Counted from the stretch's first letter, positions 36,349 through 51,228 are shown. The stretch: 64,000 nt of DNA from Chrysomallon squamiferum (GCA_012295275.1 CM022678.1:13764001-13828000); one strand, 5' to 3'. Notes: generated by a model not told the origin, from the sequence alone. Translations and numbers: made by a program.

Positions 36349-38244
36349 TTGTATGTTTTGGAGTAAAAGTGTTGGGAATGTCTCACTTCTCTCTCGCAAT
36401 ATGTAAAGTTCTTTTCTCTTGTAGAAATTACAAAAGAAAAAAACCGATGTACCATAGACGAACAATTCAGCATGTTGAACGATGGTTACGAAAGAACACA
36501 ATAACGAAAGATTATTAAAATATTATATTTTAATTAATGTTTCCTTGAATATAAATATTATCAAACGCTACAAAAAGAAGAAGAAAAAAAGGTGTTTGTT
36601 TTACTTATGGTAAAATGGCAATTTTATGGGTGTCCCTAAAATTTGCATTATGTCCCAATTGTCTCCACTTCCTGTCATTTAGAAAAACATGAAAAAAAAA
36701 AAAAACCAAAGAAGAAAAAAGATTGAAAATGAAGATGGTTGTTTACATACTTATACATAAACTATATAAAGTGTATACATGTATACTTACGTATATACAC
36801 ATTCAAGCAATACTTATTTTGTTTGAACATTTTTAATTCGCGTGAACCTCTGTTGCATCAGGATGTTAATATTTGTATGAAATCTTGAAACTACCGTTAT
36901 GTGTATAAAGCATAAAAATTATATATTACGATACACATTATTCAATAGACAAAAACTGTGAAGTTATCCGATTATTTGGATTATTTTTATAAGTATAGCT
37001 TTGTATCTCTTATTTAAATACCTTTTTTTTTTTTGTAAACGTCATTATAGTTATTTTTGTTTTATTTTTAAAATAATTTCTGTATCCTTTAAACCATTTT
37101 ATTGATGTAGTAATCAGGTGAAAGACTGATTGAAATGAGGTAGATTCAATCACCTTTCACTGTTTCTATACTTTTCTCTTTTTTTTGTTTTACGTTTACC
37201 TTTTAACGGCGTGAGCTTTTCAATTACACAGTAGCTGTTGGACCAACTTTGTTCTGATGTTCGTAGTAAAGGATTTATGGCCAATGTCATTTTAAATCAC
37301 AGTAAAATAAATCTAAATATGTAAAATACAAAACGAAATATATGTACCCACTCTGGGTTCACCAATCTTGTCTCTACATCAAAGTCAAGCAAAATGTGAC
37401 TGTGAAGATTTCTGGAATGTTAAATTGAAGGTAACTACAAAGATATGCTCTCTCGAACAAAACATTTGAGACCTGGTTCACCACATCTGAGACCTGGTCC
37501 GCATCACCTGTCCACAATTAATGTTCTCTAAAAACAACATGGAGGGCATTATGATAGCATGCTGTCTAATTAGAAAAAATAAATAAATAATAATAATAAT
37601 ATTCAAAAACAAATAAAAGGTAATACGTAAAATAGAAATGGTATCAATAAGAATAGGTAAACAGATTACAACAGTTTTCATTAACCATTTGAATTAGGAC
37701 CTGTTAAACTTTTATCTGAATTATTAACTATAGACAGTATTAGACAATTTGTTGAGTAGAATAGTTTCTTATTTTCAGACACTACACATTTGGTCAAACG
37801 TTTATGGAGTAACAAACAGTTTTAAGAAGAGTCAATATAAACAGGACTGAACCAGTATTCTAAATATTAAAAGTGAACAAGTTTTATTTTCACTATCTAC
37901 ACTAAAGATATATTTTTTTTATTTTTGCTAAGGAGACTGTGAACAAGCAATACCAATTTTAAGTTCCTCGCAGAGCCAGATTAGCTGCAAGCTTGTACAC
38001 AGCACAGTGTGTAAAAGTGAAAGCTCAGGTTTGTACTGAAGACAATGATTTGAACCATTCTTAACCTGTTTTATGTGACATTATTTAATATTTTATTTAT
38101 TTCTCTGGGTTATTATTCAGGACTGAAAAAGAGTTGCTTGATTTTTGTTTTGTTATATCAGAAGGAATTCACGTAAGCTGACATAATATTATTGTGTTTT
38201 TATCATATTAGACAAGTACACAAACTGACTGATAGTTGTGATAC

Positions 38245-38512
38245 ACTGGCCCTGTCATGTAATACTGTCGCTATTAAATGTAACAGATCGGTCCTGTGAT
38301 GTAACACTGTCCATGTTACCAGTATCAGAGAGGTCCTTCGATGTAATATTATCCATGTTACATGTAACAGACATGTCCTGTGATATAACACTGTCCATGT
38401 TACCTGTAACAGGTTGGTCCTGTGATGTAACATTATTCATGGTACATGTACCTGACATATCCTGTGATGTAACACTGTCAATGTTACATGTAACAGACTG
38501 TGATGTAACACT
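38245..38512. repeat. 42-bp coding minisatellite (~6 units) in the TRMT11 last exon
   Basis: Unit resembles cctgtgatgtaacactgtccatgttacatgtaacagacatgt and encodes (V/C)TxNMDSVTSQDxS repeats on the - strand. Confidence 0.88.
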
Positions 38513-39704
38513 ACTAGTTGTGAGCTGCTTACTTCTGTGAAAATATCTGTGTCTGAATGATGCCTTGCTGTAGTGATCTTTATCATAGTTAGCCCCATTT
38601 ATTGTATCCTTAAATATAAAAATATTCTGTTGTAAAAAATAACAAGCAACAAACACACATTAAATGTTACAGACAAAACAAATTATATTAAAATTACTAT
38701 ATATAATGTTTGTCTTCTTTTTTATCCAGTCACTATCTTAATGCATGAATTAAATATTATTAAGTTGTAACATTATAATAAATTGGTTCAATCTAACTTT
38801 GTTGACATTACATTAAAGTAACAAGACATTTCACATGTAAAACGCTGTTAGTGTTCAGGTTTATAACATTTTCAAATTACATCTGCTGTTTAAAATGTTC
38901 TAACGCTTCTCCCAGATGACCTTTGATCACTTTTTGCTCAACAACATTCTATACTATTCCAAACAACATGTTACTTTCTTCTGATCAACAACTTTGTTAA
39001 AAATTATTTTATTTACTTATTTATTTATAGTTTTTGATTAGGAGAAAAACAGCAATAAAAGGTGATTGTGCTGGGCATCAGCTGATAAAAGTGAACATAA
39101 CAAAAAATAGAAATTATAATAATAATGTTTCCTTACTGAGTAATGTTTTACTTTCTCCATGGTAACAAGTCTCCTAGCAACCTTCACATTCATGATTTGT
39201 TCACTGTTGGCAACAAGCTTGAAACACGGATGTTTTGGGATATTTGATTCAGAATAACTAAAATCATGAAAACAATTATTAAAATTTAAAGTTTTACCAA
39301 AACAAAAATATTCATTTGTTTATAACACTGTTTAATAACCACTGATTACCAGACTGAACTGACCATTATAAGCAATCGCTAAAGCAAGTTCATTTACACT
39401 CATAATAGCTGTTTTATCATTGTCAAATATTTTATTATTAGCAAAATTAGTGTTTAGCATTAAATATAATATCTGAAGCAACTGGTAACTTAATCAAAAA
39501 TCAAAACAATTACTTGAAAATATAAAATAAAAACCATCTGACTAGTTTTGTTAGTACAAAAACATATTAACAGAAAGAAAAAAGAAAACAATATCATGGT
39601 AATGTACAACAAATTTTTTCTTATGTACTTTAATGAAAGAACAAAAAAGCCTCACAACTCTAATTGGGAAAGATACAACACATATTTAGACATTTACCAT
39701 AGGT

Positions 39705-39743
<39 letters not shown>

Positions 39744-42700
39744 CATGGCTGTAACTCATTTTTGAAATGAGGCAAAAACAGATGTCTTTGAAGTCTGTTA
39801 TGTCTTTCACTGCAATGATGCCATAGACGTCACTGGATATTGTTTCTATTGGAATAGAGATTTATAACTTATATTTATAACAAAATCTTTGTATTAGACT
39901 TTTATTTTTTAAATTTGCCTCCACATAGTTACAGACATGTTGCATGTTCAAACATTGTTACCAGAAAATATGCAAATGTTTGTTATGAGGAGTTTATACA
40001 TACTCTTGTCTAATGACTGGAAACCAAAACACAATTCTTCCATGAAGTTGAAGATATTTGGCAGCAAAATTTAACAGATCTTTAAAAATGTCTGACAGTT
40101 CATATTGGCTCTTCTGTGCAATGTGTCCTGCATGTCTAAACAAATTTTTTTGACAGAATGAAATCACTGGTCGTGAAATTATTGTAAATTGCATGAGTGA
40201 AATTCAGAGTTTTTGTTTTACTAAATAAAAAAAAATTAAATCACACACAAACACCCAGTCTACATGCCCACGTATCTAAAATGATTTAATACACACACAC
40301 TTTGCTACATTACAAACATCTGTACATATGCATAAATATATACATGCAAACACTTGCAGATTACACTAATAAAACAAAGAAGATAATGTCTGTTCACTTT
40401 ATTTTAATGCAAGCAGACTTGCATCCATTTTATTACTTCATAACCAATTTAATTTACATTAATAGTCATTTCAAGATTGATATGATCCCTATATTTTTAA
40501 TTTATACTTCACACGTAATACCAGCTATTCATTTGTATGTGTTATCTGTTATCTGTTTGTATATTTAACTTATCTATTTCTGTATGCAAATTATCAATAG
40601 GTACATTCAAGTTATTCATTTGTAAGTACAAATTATTTGTTTGTACATTCATATTAACCATTTGAACACTAAGAAAAATAATAAATGAAAGGATGAAACC
40701 AACACATAAATTAAATTAAAAAAAAATGAAAATAAAAACTTACAACTCATGTTCAGTAATGTAATTTTCTGCCACTGGAGCAATTTTCTGTGTTGCCTCC
40801 CGTATGCCATATGGTGCTGAAAAATGTTAAATCATTGGACTTCTATTAAAGGTGTAATTTTTTTACACTATTACTCAATTTATTTCTGATTATTATACAA
40901 GCATGCACATAAACAAATTACGAATGTATTATTTAATACAAAGTTCTGATAATGTTGATTTATATAGTATTACTGGATTTAAATCTGCTAAATTATAGGT
41001 CAATTTTTAAAAATATTTAGCGGTGAAAATTCTTTGCTTTTTTTTTTTCTTTCTTTCTTTCCATCTATTGGTTATCTATCTATCCGTCTATATATCTTTT
41101 TTTTCTAATCACAACTGATCTAACCTAATGAGTCAATGAAATTATCAAAAAATTACTTACGATCAGTAATGATGACATCAAAAACAGACTGCTGCCTCCA
41201 CATGCTGTGTTTTGAAGCATCTGCAACCAGTGCATCAATGTACTGACTCTCAAAGCCATACTGTTTCAAATTAGATCTGATACTTTCATCTGCTGCACGC
41301 CTTTTCTGATTGTGCCGACTAGGTTTTGCTGAAACAAATAATAAAACATAATGTTTAATTTGACAATATAAAATGTTCTTTTTTTCTTTTTTAATAAATA
41401 CTAGTGCTACAACTAAAATAATTAATTTTAGTTTTGTTTAAAAATGATTTAATCTGAAAATGACAAATTTGGTTTTTCTGTGTCAAATTTCAAAAATAAT
41501 AAATATTGTTTTGGGTTTCATTTGATTTTTTTTCTATATTAATATAAATCATTGATTCTCATTTGTTAACTATTTCATTTTGTTGTCAGTTATTAGTATT
41601 ATAGAAAATCAATGTTTTTTTATTTTTATAATTAAAAAAAGAGCTATTTATGGAACATACACAGTGTATTTTTAAATATATATATGCAAAGTATACACAC
41701 CACATACACTAGTTAAAAAAAAATGTTTGAAACACATACGGAATTTAAAATTAAAATAATTTAATATAATAAAAAACACTCATTAATACCTTTAGCATGT
41801 AACAGCAGATAATCAATATCAGTTCCCATCACATATGACCCAAAGTGAGCACATGCAACCAAGAGACTGCCTTAAAAATAGATGAGGGAAAATATTTATG
41901 CATGTATGTACACTATAATATAATAATAAAGATACATATAAATTAGTAAAATAATTTTTGCTTTGAAATTGGTAATGTTAAATGAAAAATATTTATGAAA
42001 GAAAGTCTATGGGTTATGGAAATATTAGCATCAACAGATAACCATACAGAATAACTGGCTGTTCCACTGGCTTTTGTTTTCATTTGATACCACAACTCTT
42101 TCCAATCCGTGGATCCTTAGGTCTATCCGGAAATTGGGATTCCTTTTGTTTCATAATCCTGCATCATGCCACCTCATTCCTAAAGTTTGATTCTCTCACT
42201 CCTTTTATTATCTGTGACCTTTTTACCATTTGTTAATGATTCAATTAACATCATTCTTTCAACATAGGAATACTTTTCTAATTTATTTTTCTTTTGACAT
42301 GTCTCTTAGAACATGTGTAATGAGGATTATAGGTTTGCGCATTGAAAATAGCTTTTTTATTTGAAATAATACTGGAAATTAGACACTGCATACACCATAT
42401 ATGTTGCCTTATGTGTATTACAGACTTATAAGTTACAGTAAACAAATATATTGTCTCACCTGTACCAACAAAGGGATCAAATACCAAACAACTTTTATCA
42501 ACTTTTCCCATGTTTGCCATGATTAGAGAAAGCCCTGCATCCATACTAGTGTTTCCTGTAACAGAAAAAAAATACAAAATTTAAAAATTTAAATCAATTA
42601 AAAAAATAAAAATAATAAAATAAACAATTAAATGTAAAGATTTTTATTAGACATTTATTCAGTTGCACAGAATCCAGCTAAAAAAAAAAAACAATAAAAA

Positions 42701-45370
42701 TTAATAAAATAGGTAATCCACACGTGTGTACCCTGTCATGTTCTAATGGTATTTGAGCTGAACTGGATGGCAATTTCAGTGTGGGTTGCGAATGCAGTGT
42801 ATATGGTGGTGGACATATTTCTGACATTTTTTTTTCTGAGGACTTTCCTGGCTTGGATTTTACAATGACAAAATTAATGTGCTTTCCACGTTTCCAAAAT
42901 GTATAAATAAAACAAACAAAAAATGACTTAAAATAGAATTTATAATAAAATTAGAATAATGTATATAAAATATCTTAATCTTGAAACTATTATCATGAAA
43001 TACTTTATAAACTGCTATTATTTCACTGATTGTCAAACATCTCACCTAGGAAATGTCTCTTTTGTAAATGATAGTCTTGAATTCTGTCTCTCTGTCCATT
43101 TGTTATCTGCAACAATAAAACCAACCATTTGAAATGTATTTATTACCAGTGACATCATCATGTCCAACTCACCAACAGTTCTAGCTTTTATACAACCTCT
43201 TCAAACACAAAAGGCATTTTCTGTTGTTTTGAAGATGACTAAGTTTAAAAAAGTATTTCTGGTATTATTAAAATTAATCTGAAGTATGGGAACTTTACTT
43301 TTACTTTTTGAGTCTACATTATGTTATAGTAAAATCACCATAATTTAATTTTTTTTCTTTCTTATTTCTGTACTGACATGCAAACATGATAAATTTAGGG
43401 CTGTACTTTTGTAAACTATAATTATATACATAAACAAGATTATCCTGAAAATAAGAAAAGAGATAAAACAAAGATGAAACCTACCCATCTACCAAAATAT
43501 ATGTTGTATGGATGACTAGGTGGGTATGTTTCAACAGGACCATAATACTCCTGAAGTACAAAGGTGTGGTCAGGTGATGAAAGTTTTACCTTTCCATATC
43601 TTGTTAGATCATCTAGTGGTAAACTCTAAATAATTACAACAAACAATAAAAAATAATAATCTTAGATTCATGGTAATAATTATGAAAATTATGTTATAAA
43701 AAAGTATCTATCCACAAAAGTACAATGAAATAAAAACACAGTTAATCTATTACTATTTCTTTACACATTTAAATTAAGTGTTGTTTACTGCAAACAAAAA
43801 CTACATAAATGTACTGTATAATAAAGGCTGAATCAAGAAGAAATAGTTATTATTAAAATTATTTTTGTCATATATGTTTGTCGATCTAAACTCACCTCTA
43901 TCTTTTGAATTTTTTCTTCATTCAGAATCTTTTTGTTGAAACTTCCAACATTAATTTTGAATGTGAATTCTTTATGCAGAAATGGAGCCTGGAAAATAAA
44001 TTCATTATTTTGATTAATTTCCACACAGAGCAAAAGTTTTTCCATCATCTTATCATGAGAAGCTTTAATAAAGTAATTTTCAAGATGTTCTTACAATCAC
44101 AGATGCTGGTATATTTTGAATGTTTCTGCACAGTTCAGTGTAACTCTTCCCTTCTGCCCACAATTCATACACAGACCTAAAGGAAAAAAAAAAAATTAAT
44201 ACAAATTCAAGTAAAATATTATTTTGCATAAAAACAAACAAACAAATAAAATAGAATAAAAAAGTTTAGGCTGCTGAACAATCACAGTCATACAAGCTAT
44301 TTCTCAAATGACATCTGCAACCTGAACTATCTCTTTCATGTAACAACTGACATCACTGTGTTGATAATAAGGTTATAATTTAAAATCTTACCTAATCAAC
44401 ACAGACCGGGTCATAATTTTTCTTGCATCATCCTCTGAAGCCAAATCAACAACCAAAAATGGATTCTGAAAGGATAAAAGGAGAAAAAGGTTTTTTAAAA
44501 AAAGCTTTAAATAAAATTGTTAACAGCACAAGAGATTAGCATATATAAGAAATACATCACACCTCATGCTAGTTAAGTACCATTAAGTACAGCTTCTTCA
44601 TTACTAATGAAAAAAAAAAAAAACATTTTTAATAGATTTGATGTTGTTCCTATCTCTATTTGAATGTTTTCAATTGGAAGAAAGGCATTAAGTTGATTAA
44701 CAACTTATTTTGGTTTTAAAATGCTAAATAATGAGTTTGAAATGTATGGGGGTATGTGTGTGAAAAATAAACATTACAGGGTGAATCTGTCATACCTCTT
44801 TACAGTACTCCTCTTCATTAATACCAAGCTGAATGTTAAACAGAGAGGCTATTGATTTCAATTCCTAAATTAAAAATATTGAATTTTATTATTATAGTTT
44901 TTACATTGGTCATGTAATTTTGAGAATCAAACTTTAAGAAGTTAATTTGATATTATAAATCTAAATTCTGATCAGTTTTGAAATTAAATTACTTTATTAT
45001 TCCACCCCCCCCATGATTTCAAGCAGAATGATTATTTATTTATCAAAACTGTGAACTTCTCATAAAAATATTTTATTGTTATGGACAACACTTGACGTTT
45101 TTTGCTGGTATTTTTTAAAATCACGATACAAATAAGTTTAAGTTCAACAGCGTTTTACATTTTGAATTTTCATTTTATACGTTACAATAATTTGAATAAA
45201 GATAAAAGTTATAAACTAAAGTATATTTTTTAATCAGTATCACTTGACTGCAGCTGAATAACTTTGTAATATTAAAAAATATTCCTCACCGGGAGTTTAA
45301 AATCCAAATGTTCACCGGCAAAATGAAACAAAAATTTTCGCCAATTTGCTGTTTTCATGGGCGCCGCCAT
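38255..45370 (-). CDS. TRMT11: tRNA (guanine(10)-N2)-methyltransferase, about 14 exons (first 45370-45290, last 38608-38255)
   Basis: MAAPMKTANWRKFLFHFAGEHLDFKLP|E...SVYELWAEG...KRHFLGNTSMDAGLSLIMAN...FDPFVGTG...HFGSYVMGTDIDY...FDVIITD|PPYGIRE...DLLNFAA...ANSEQ...RRLVTMEK...SFRHRYF. Confidence 0.95.
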
Positions 45371-45573
45371 ATTAGTTTTTTTTTTTTTTGTTGTTTTTTT
45401 GCTATCGCTACTTGAATTTTCCTCCTTTTATCGTGTACCAATGCAGAGTGATACACTAGAGAATGATACGCCATTTCTATTTGAAACAAACAGACAACAA
45501 ATAACCAGTGAATCTGTTATTACGAAGCGAAAGTGAAAATCGGCGTTTTAAATTTTACTAGATTTCTTTAATA
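45371..45573. promoter_or_regulatory. Compact bidirectional promoter for TRMT11 and PSMF1
   Basis: Only ~200 bp between opposed ATGs, with local CpG enrichment. A YY1-like AATATGGCGGC overlaps the TRMT11 start codon. Confidence 0.75.
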
Positions 45574-48500
45574 ATGGAGAAACCTGGATTGGAATTACTG
45601 TACTCACACATAACAAGTCAGATTAAATGGCCACAAGATGCATTAGTATGTGTTTTACATTGGAATGTCATTAGCAGTGGCTTCAAATGCATAGGAGTTG
45701 GACATAGGGTAAAACATTATATATTACCGAGCATTATTAATTTTCAGTATTTGTTTAGCAAAAATAATGCAAGTGATTACTAAAACAGTTAACTTTAACC
45801 ATTTTTAATGATAAACTGTTGATGGTGTCTCTTTCAAAGTTTAATATGTATTTTATACAAAATATATAAAAACTAAAAAGGAAAACACGGTTAGTACAAA
45901 ATTAAATTAGTTAAGAATTCATACGTGCAATACTACTAATAGATAATGGCAACAATAAATAAAAAATAATAATAATAATAATACAAATAAATAAAGTTAT
46001 TTATAGTGTGTCCATGTGTTCATTTTTGTCATTTATTACTTCACTGCCATGTTAGTTTTCTTTTATGTCAAAACAATGAATTTTTTTAATGATGATGTTT
46101 AGCAAATATGGCAGTTACTGAGTTAGGTAGGACCAGGCCAATTATCCATTATCAGAAAAGCTGCTTTAAAACCTTTAAAATCTGTTATAATTATATATAT
46201 ATTTATTTTATACAAATACACATATACACACATACACATTGGTACCTTGACTTACAAGTTTTCTGAGTTACGTTCAATCACCCAGTTAATTTTTTGCATT
46301 GAACTGCGAGCCAAAATCCGAGTTATGAGCTAGTTGGCCCAAAGAACGACTCAACATCTGCTCAGCATCCCACATCTCAATTGTTTACTTGACGTGGTTA
46401 CCTCATTATGGGAACACCTCTGCTCACATTTTGTGCAGTTTTTTGCCAAATGCTGCTAAGAAAATGAGTGCAAAGGACAGCTGAGAAGAAGCATGAAATC
46501 ATATAAGAACATGAGTGAGGTGTGCATGTAGTCGACTTGGCTAGGCAATATGAGCATTGTACATACTGAAGCAGAAGCAGTCGATAAAGGGTATAACTCC
46601 AGCAAAAGGCATTAAAATAATTTCTAAGCTGCAGGAAAAGATGGAAAAATCCTAACCCTGTACATTTTACAAAACCTGTTTATTTCTTTACATTCTCTTT
46701 TATTTCGTTTTTTTTTTTTTACAATATTTATCATTTATAAATACATTATTTTCATTAATATTTTGATTCAAAATTAGCTTTTTGAAATTAGTCTGATATA
46801 AAATAATAATACAGGTTGAAGATTCCTTATCTGAAAGTCTGAAATCCAAAGTTTTTCCAAGCAGCAGAAGTAATAACATCTTACAGTTTTTGGACTTTTT
46901 TGCATATACAAACTGTATTGCAGGCTATGTTTTATGCTGTTAATATGAAAAATAAATCCTATTCTCATGCTATCTCCTTTTATTCCAAAATTCAAAATAT
47001 TCTGAAATACAAAACACTTCAGGACCCAAGCATTTTGGATAAAGAATTCTCTGTAATATTTAAATAAATAAATGGAATATACAGTTCAGTTCTTTTTTTT
47101 TAGCCCACAGACACTGAGAAGAAAACAGAACAATTACCACCAGGGTGGAACCAGAATAATGATGTCTATGTCCTGAAATATACATCAGCAGAGAAAGATG
47201 AACATTTTACTTTTAAAGCTGTGCTAGTTGATGACACTTTGATAGTGAATTTTATGGTATTTTAACTATTACTTAAACCAGTCACACATGTATACAAATA
47301 CATAAATATTCTTTCTATTTATAAGAAATAGAAATAGCTGTTATGGAAATTTTTAAAAACCCATTTAACAGTATTAACAGAGGTCAGTTTTCAAAATGCT
47401 AAGTAATAGGAATTTTTTAGCTTACAAATATTTATGCAATTTTTGTTTTTGTAAATAAAAAATTATTTATTTTAAAATGTTTACAGAGAGACAAGGATGA
47501 GAAGCTGGCCAGTATGCCAGTAAGGGTAAAAGATTACATTGGCGAGAGTCTAAAAGAATTTGACAAGTAAGTGATTAAAATTTATATATAATGATCTTGA
47601 TAAATTTAATTTATATTCGTTATTGGTTCTGTATTCATTCATTTCTTTTTTTTTCAGGAATTGTTAAATAACTTATGTTTATTTTTCTGACTGTATCTGA
47701 AATTATTAACACCTTTCTAAAATAATAAATACGATTAAAGATAACTAGTAATGATTGAAAACAGAACTTGTATCATTATTAATATGAAAATAACTCTAGA
47801 ATGTTCAATACATTCAGTTAAAAAGTCTATGTTATTTCCTTCACTAGCAAAATAATATGTCTCTTGCATATACTTCTTCCTTTCTTCTCTTTTTAATCCA
47901 TCCTTCAGAATGGCAAATGTTATTATTTCTTTATATCAATTTTAATTTTTTTTATTTATTTTTTGTTATTCTACACTGCTGAATACTTTTATTCATTTTA
48001 TTCAAGCATAATAATATCCAACAACATATTATGTTATGTTAAAATTATTTTCAACTATAATTTTATCATGCCATAAAAATATTATCATTAAAGCATATTT
48101 ATAACAAATATTCTTTATACTTCAGAGCTTTCAAAAATCTGTCAGAATTGTCAAAACGTTTCAAAGCAGAGATTATGAATGAATTCAGTTCTCCATCAAC
48201 TTCCAGCACTTCAGCTCAGAAGTCAGAGAGACCAAGGCAAGCCCAAGGAGAAAGTTACCCTGGGGAGTGGGGACATGGCCATGGTCAAAGGCCAGAATGG
48301 TAGGCAAACAATGTTGCTGTATATAGTCAAAATAAATTAAACAAGCTGTTATAAAATTCAGCATTTCAGAAAGGTTCAAGCAGTTATCTCCCTTGATTAA
48401 AAAATTGCTACAGAGTAGTCATTTTAAACTATGTTAGATGGTTTAGAAAAAGAGGTCTGAAAAGGTTATTAATATAGGCCACTTTGGGAGCAATTAATTG

Positions 48501-51228
48501 TAATCAAAAGCAGTTTATATTTTGTTTTTAAAAGAAGCAAAGAAAATTTAAAGAATAAATAAAAATAAACATTATTTATCTATAATTATTAAATATTATT
48601 GATTAATAACAGTTATTATATTTTAAAAATTAATTTTAGCATTTCAGGGTTTTGTTTCTGACTTATTATTTGGATCATACTAATATAGTGAAGGATGTCA
48701 CTATAAAATATTTACAGAAAAAATATTTGTTGAGGCTGTATACTCTTTCTTTAAAATTGTGTCCAATTTTGAAATTTTCTGGTGATTTATAATTATTATT
48801 ATTATTTTTTGTTGTTGTTCAAACCTAGTCAGTTAAAGATATGTAACTTTTTTTGACTTTTTGAATGACTTAATGAATTATTTTATAATAATAAAACAGT
48901 GTCTGCATTTTCTCTTATAAATTTTCTTTGGTTACTTGCCTATAGTTATATCCAGTGATTATTCCAGTGGTTATTGATCTATATTGTAGGAATGACAGAA
49001 ACAACCCCTTCTCAGTTGGCAGAGCTGACCTGGACCCTCTGGCACAAGGGGGTGGAGGAATGCTGATGGATCCTAGAGGAATTCGAGGACCAAGATTTGG
49101 TGTTGGTCCTTTTCCAGTCAGATTACCACCGTAAACAGATTTCAGTGATAACAAACAAAATTACATAACTGATTGTACATGTATTTCTTCACAGTTATGA
49201 TGTTAATAATCCAAATAATGCCTTATATCTGATTCAGTCATAACTTCAAAAGATGTAATAAATATTTCAAGTTAGTAATATTCATAAAAAAGAAAGGAAC
49301 CATCATTCCTATTTTTCCAGAACATTAAGATTTATAATTTTTACTAACTATATTTTTTTTACAGAAGAAAATATATCATTCTTAGAGACTGTTTTGTGAT
49401 TGTAATAATTATAACAATTCTGATATTTCACCAGTTTTCCACCCAAGTTTATATTCAGTTTGAAACATGTTATCAATAAATTAGCCATACATATTTCTCC
49501 ATAAAATTTTTTGTGTATAATTATTTTGTATATTGTATGTGTTGTGCTATTTGATTCTATAATTATTTTGCGTATTGTATGGGTTGTGCTATTTGTTTTG
49601 ATAATTATTTTGTATATTGTATGTATTGTGCTAATTTGTCAGTATTGCAGTAAAGCATATCTAGTAAGAGTAACCCATAGAATGAAAATTCAATTTCCTT
49701 TACAAACATTTATCAAACAAAGCATGAACCAAACTGTTATATAGGCATTTGGTGAGAATGTAGCTCCTGACATCATTTTATCATAACACTAGGATCAGAT
49801 GTGAAAATACACTTGTAACAGCTAGGTCTGCATTGTTGAATGCAACAGATGGGCACCTATATTTTGAATTCATTTAGAGCTGGACTTTCTACATCTTTAT
49901 CAAAACAAAACTGATTCAACATTTCCTGAATTGCAGATTTTGGCAAGAAAAAGGGGAATAACATAGTCCCTCATAAGGCATACTAAATTTATGTTTATTT
50001 CAACAATTGTTATTTTGAAATTTGATTGAGATTGAAGCACAAACGGTGCGTTACCTGATCAATTCAAGTAACATGTCAACGAGGGCCGATTGAACAGAAA
50101 ATATTTTATTTTGATCTGCAGTTTTCTTCATACATAATTTTATTTGCAAATAAGCACATAAATGATAATTGAGAACATGTATTCATGTCCATTTAATGAG
50201 TTTTGCTGCCAAGAATTAGAGTGGCATCCTAACATTTTCTTTTTATTAACACTTAGTTGTTTATTCAAGTCAGTGTATAAATTTTAATAAGATTTTTCAT
50301 TATTCAGTTAAATACTGTTATTTAAACATTTATTCATTACAGTAGTTGGATAATTTCTTGATCACTATTACTTCACAAATATCTTCACTAATGCACTAAT
50401 GCATTTTCCATTAACACATTAACAAATAGCCACTAAACTGCAACCTTTAAAATGCAGTTACCGTGGTTTTGGTAGGTAAATTTTGAAAAATTTGGTATCA
50501 TTGTGATGTTGTCCTCATACTATTTTGGCTTTACATTTTCTGCGTTACCGAGTATAAAAAAAATAAAAATAAAAATGTGTCCATTGTCATTACCAATGGT
50601 CATTCATTTAAATACACCTGTGTAAACATACCACAACCTTTCCCAGCTCTTTACACTTCTTTATTCTGCATTACATTTCCAATTAGATATAAAAAAAATT
50701 TCATAATTAGGTACGTTATTTTGCCAATTATGTATTTATTTTTTACCTTTTTCTTTTTTGTTGCATAAAATAATTTGTAAAATTTATGTCTGTGTATTTT
50801 TGGTATCATATTAATTTGTTTGTTTCTTTTTGTTTTTTTCAAATGGATATTTGAAATGTCACTTTTAACTGATACTAGATTATAAATTATTACATTCTAG
50901 GGGTGCTGTTCCACCAGGGGCCAGGTTTGATCCATTTGGCCCAGTGCCAGGACCAGGTACTAGGTGAGAGAATTTAAAAATAATAACTTTGTTCTGAAAT
51001 AAAATTTTACAGTTTATCTTAAAATATATTTAAATAAAATTAAAGCAATACTGAATTAATAATGTCATATATTTTACTAACATTACATTTGTTTTGTATT
51101 ACCTTTAAAGACATAAACTGGTTACTATTGTTTAACATTGTTTCCTTAGCTAAATATGTTTGTTTAATTTCAGACCTGATCCAGATCATATGAGGCCTCC
51201 TGACTTCAGTGATGACATGCAGATGTGA
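45574..51228 (+). CDS. PSMF1: Proteasome inhibitor PI31. Exons ~45574-45708, 47104-47256, 47486-47566, 48126-48299, 48990-49130, 50901-50963, 51174-51228
   Basis: FP domain GLELLY...PQDALVCVLHW...GFKCIGVG...EQLPPGWN...VYVLKY, and proline-rich C-terminus PFSVGRADLDPL..GGGMLMDP...LPPGAVPPGARFDPFGP...PDPDHMRPP..DDMQM*. Confidence 0.95.
46237..46640 (+). mobile_element. Degenerate Tigger/pogo DNA transposon 5' remnant in PSMF1 intron 1
   Basis: Left end cattggtaccttgacttac. Disrupted translation at ~46490-46630, KHEII*EHE*GVHVVDLARQYE..ILKQKQSIKGITPAKGIKIISKL, resembles the CENP-B/Tigger N-terminal HTH. Confidence 0.75.
46812..47053. mobile_element. Tigger-family MITE (MER46-like ends) with TA target-site duplication
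   Basis: TA|caggttgaagattccttatctgaaa ... aacacttcaggacccaagcattttggataaagaattctctg|TA, with imperfect terminal inverted repeats. Confidence 0.7.
49511..49640. repeat. ~42-bp tandem repeat, 3 copies (ataattattttgtatattgtatgtgttgtgctatttg)
   Basis: Directly visible. Confidence 0.8.

Noticed and set aside
38203-38540. ORFs 38203-38433 (-) and 38238-38540 (+)
   Set aside because: Alternative frames of the 42-bp repeat. Only the TRMT11 frame is splice-connected.
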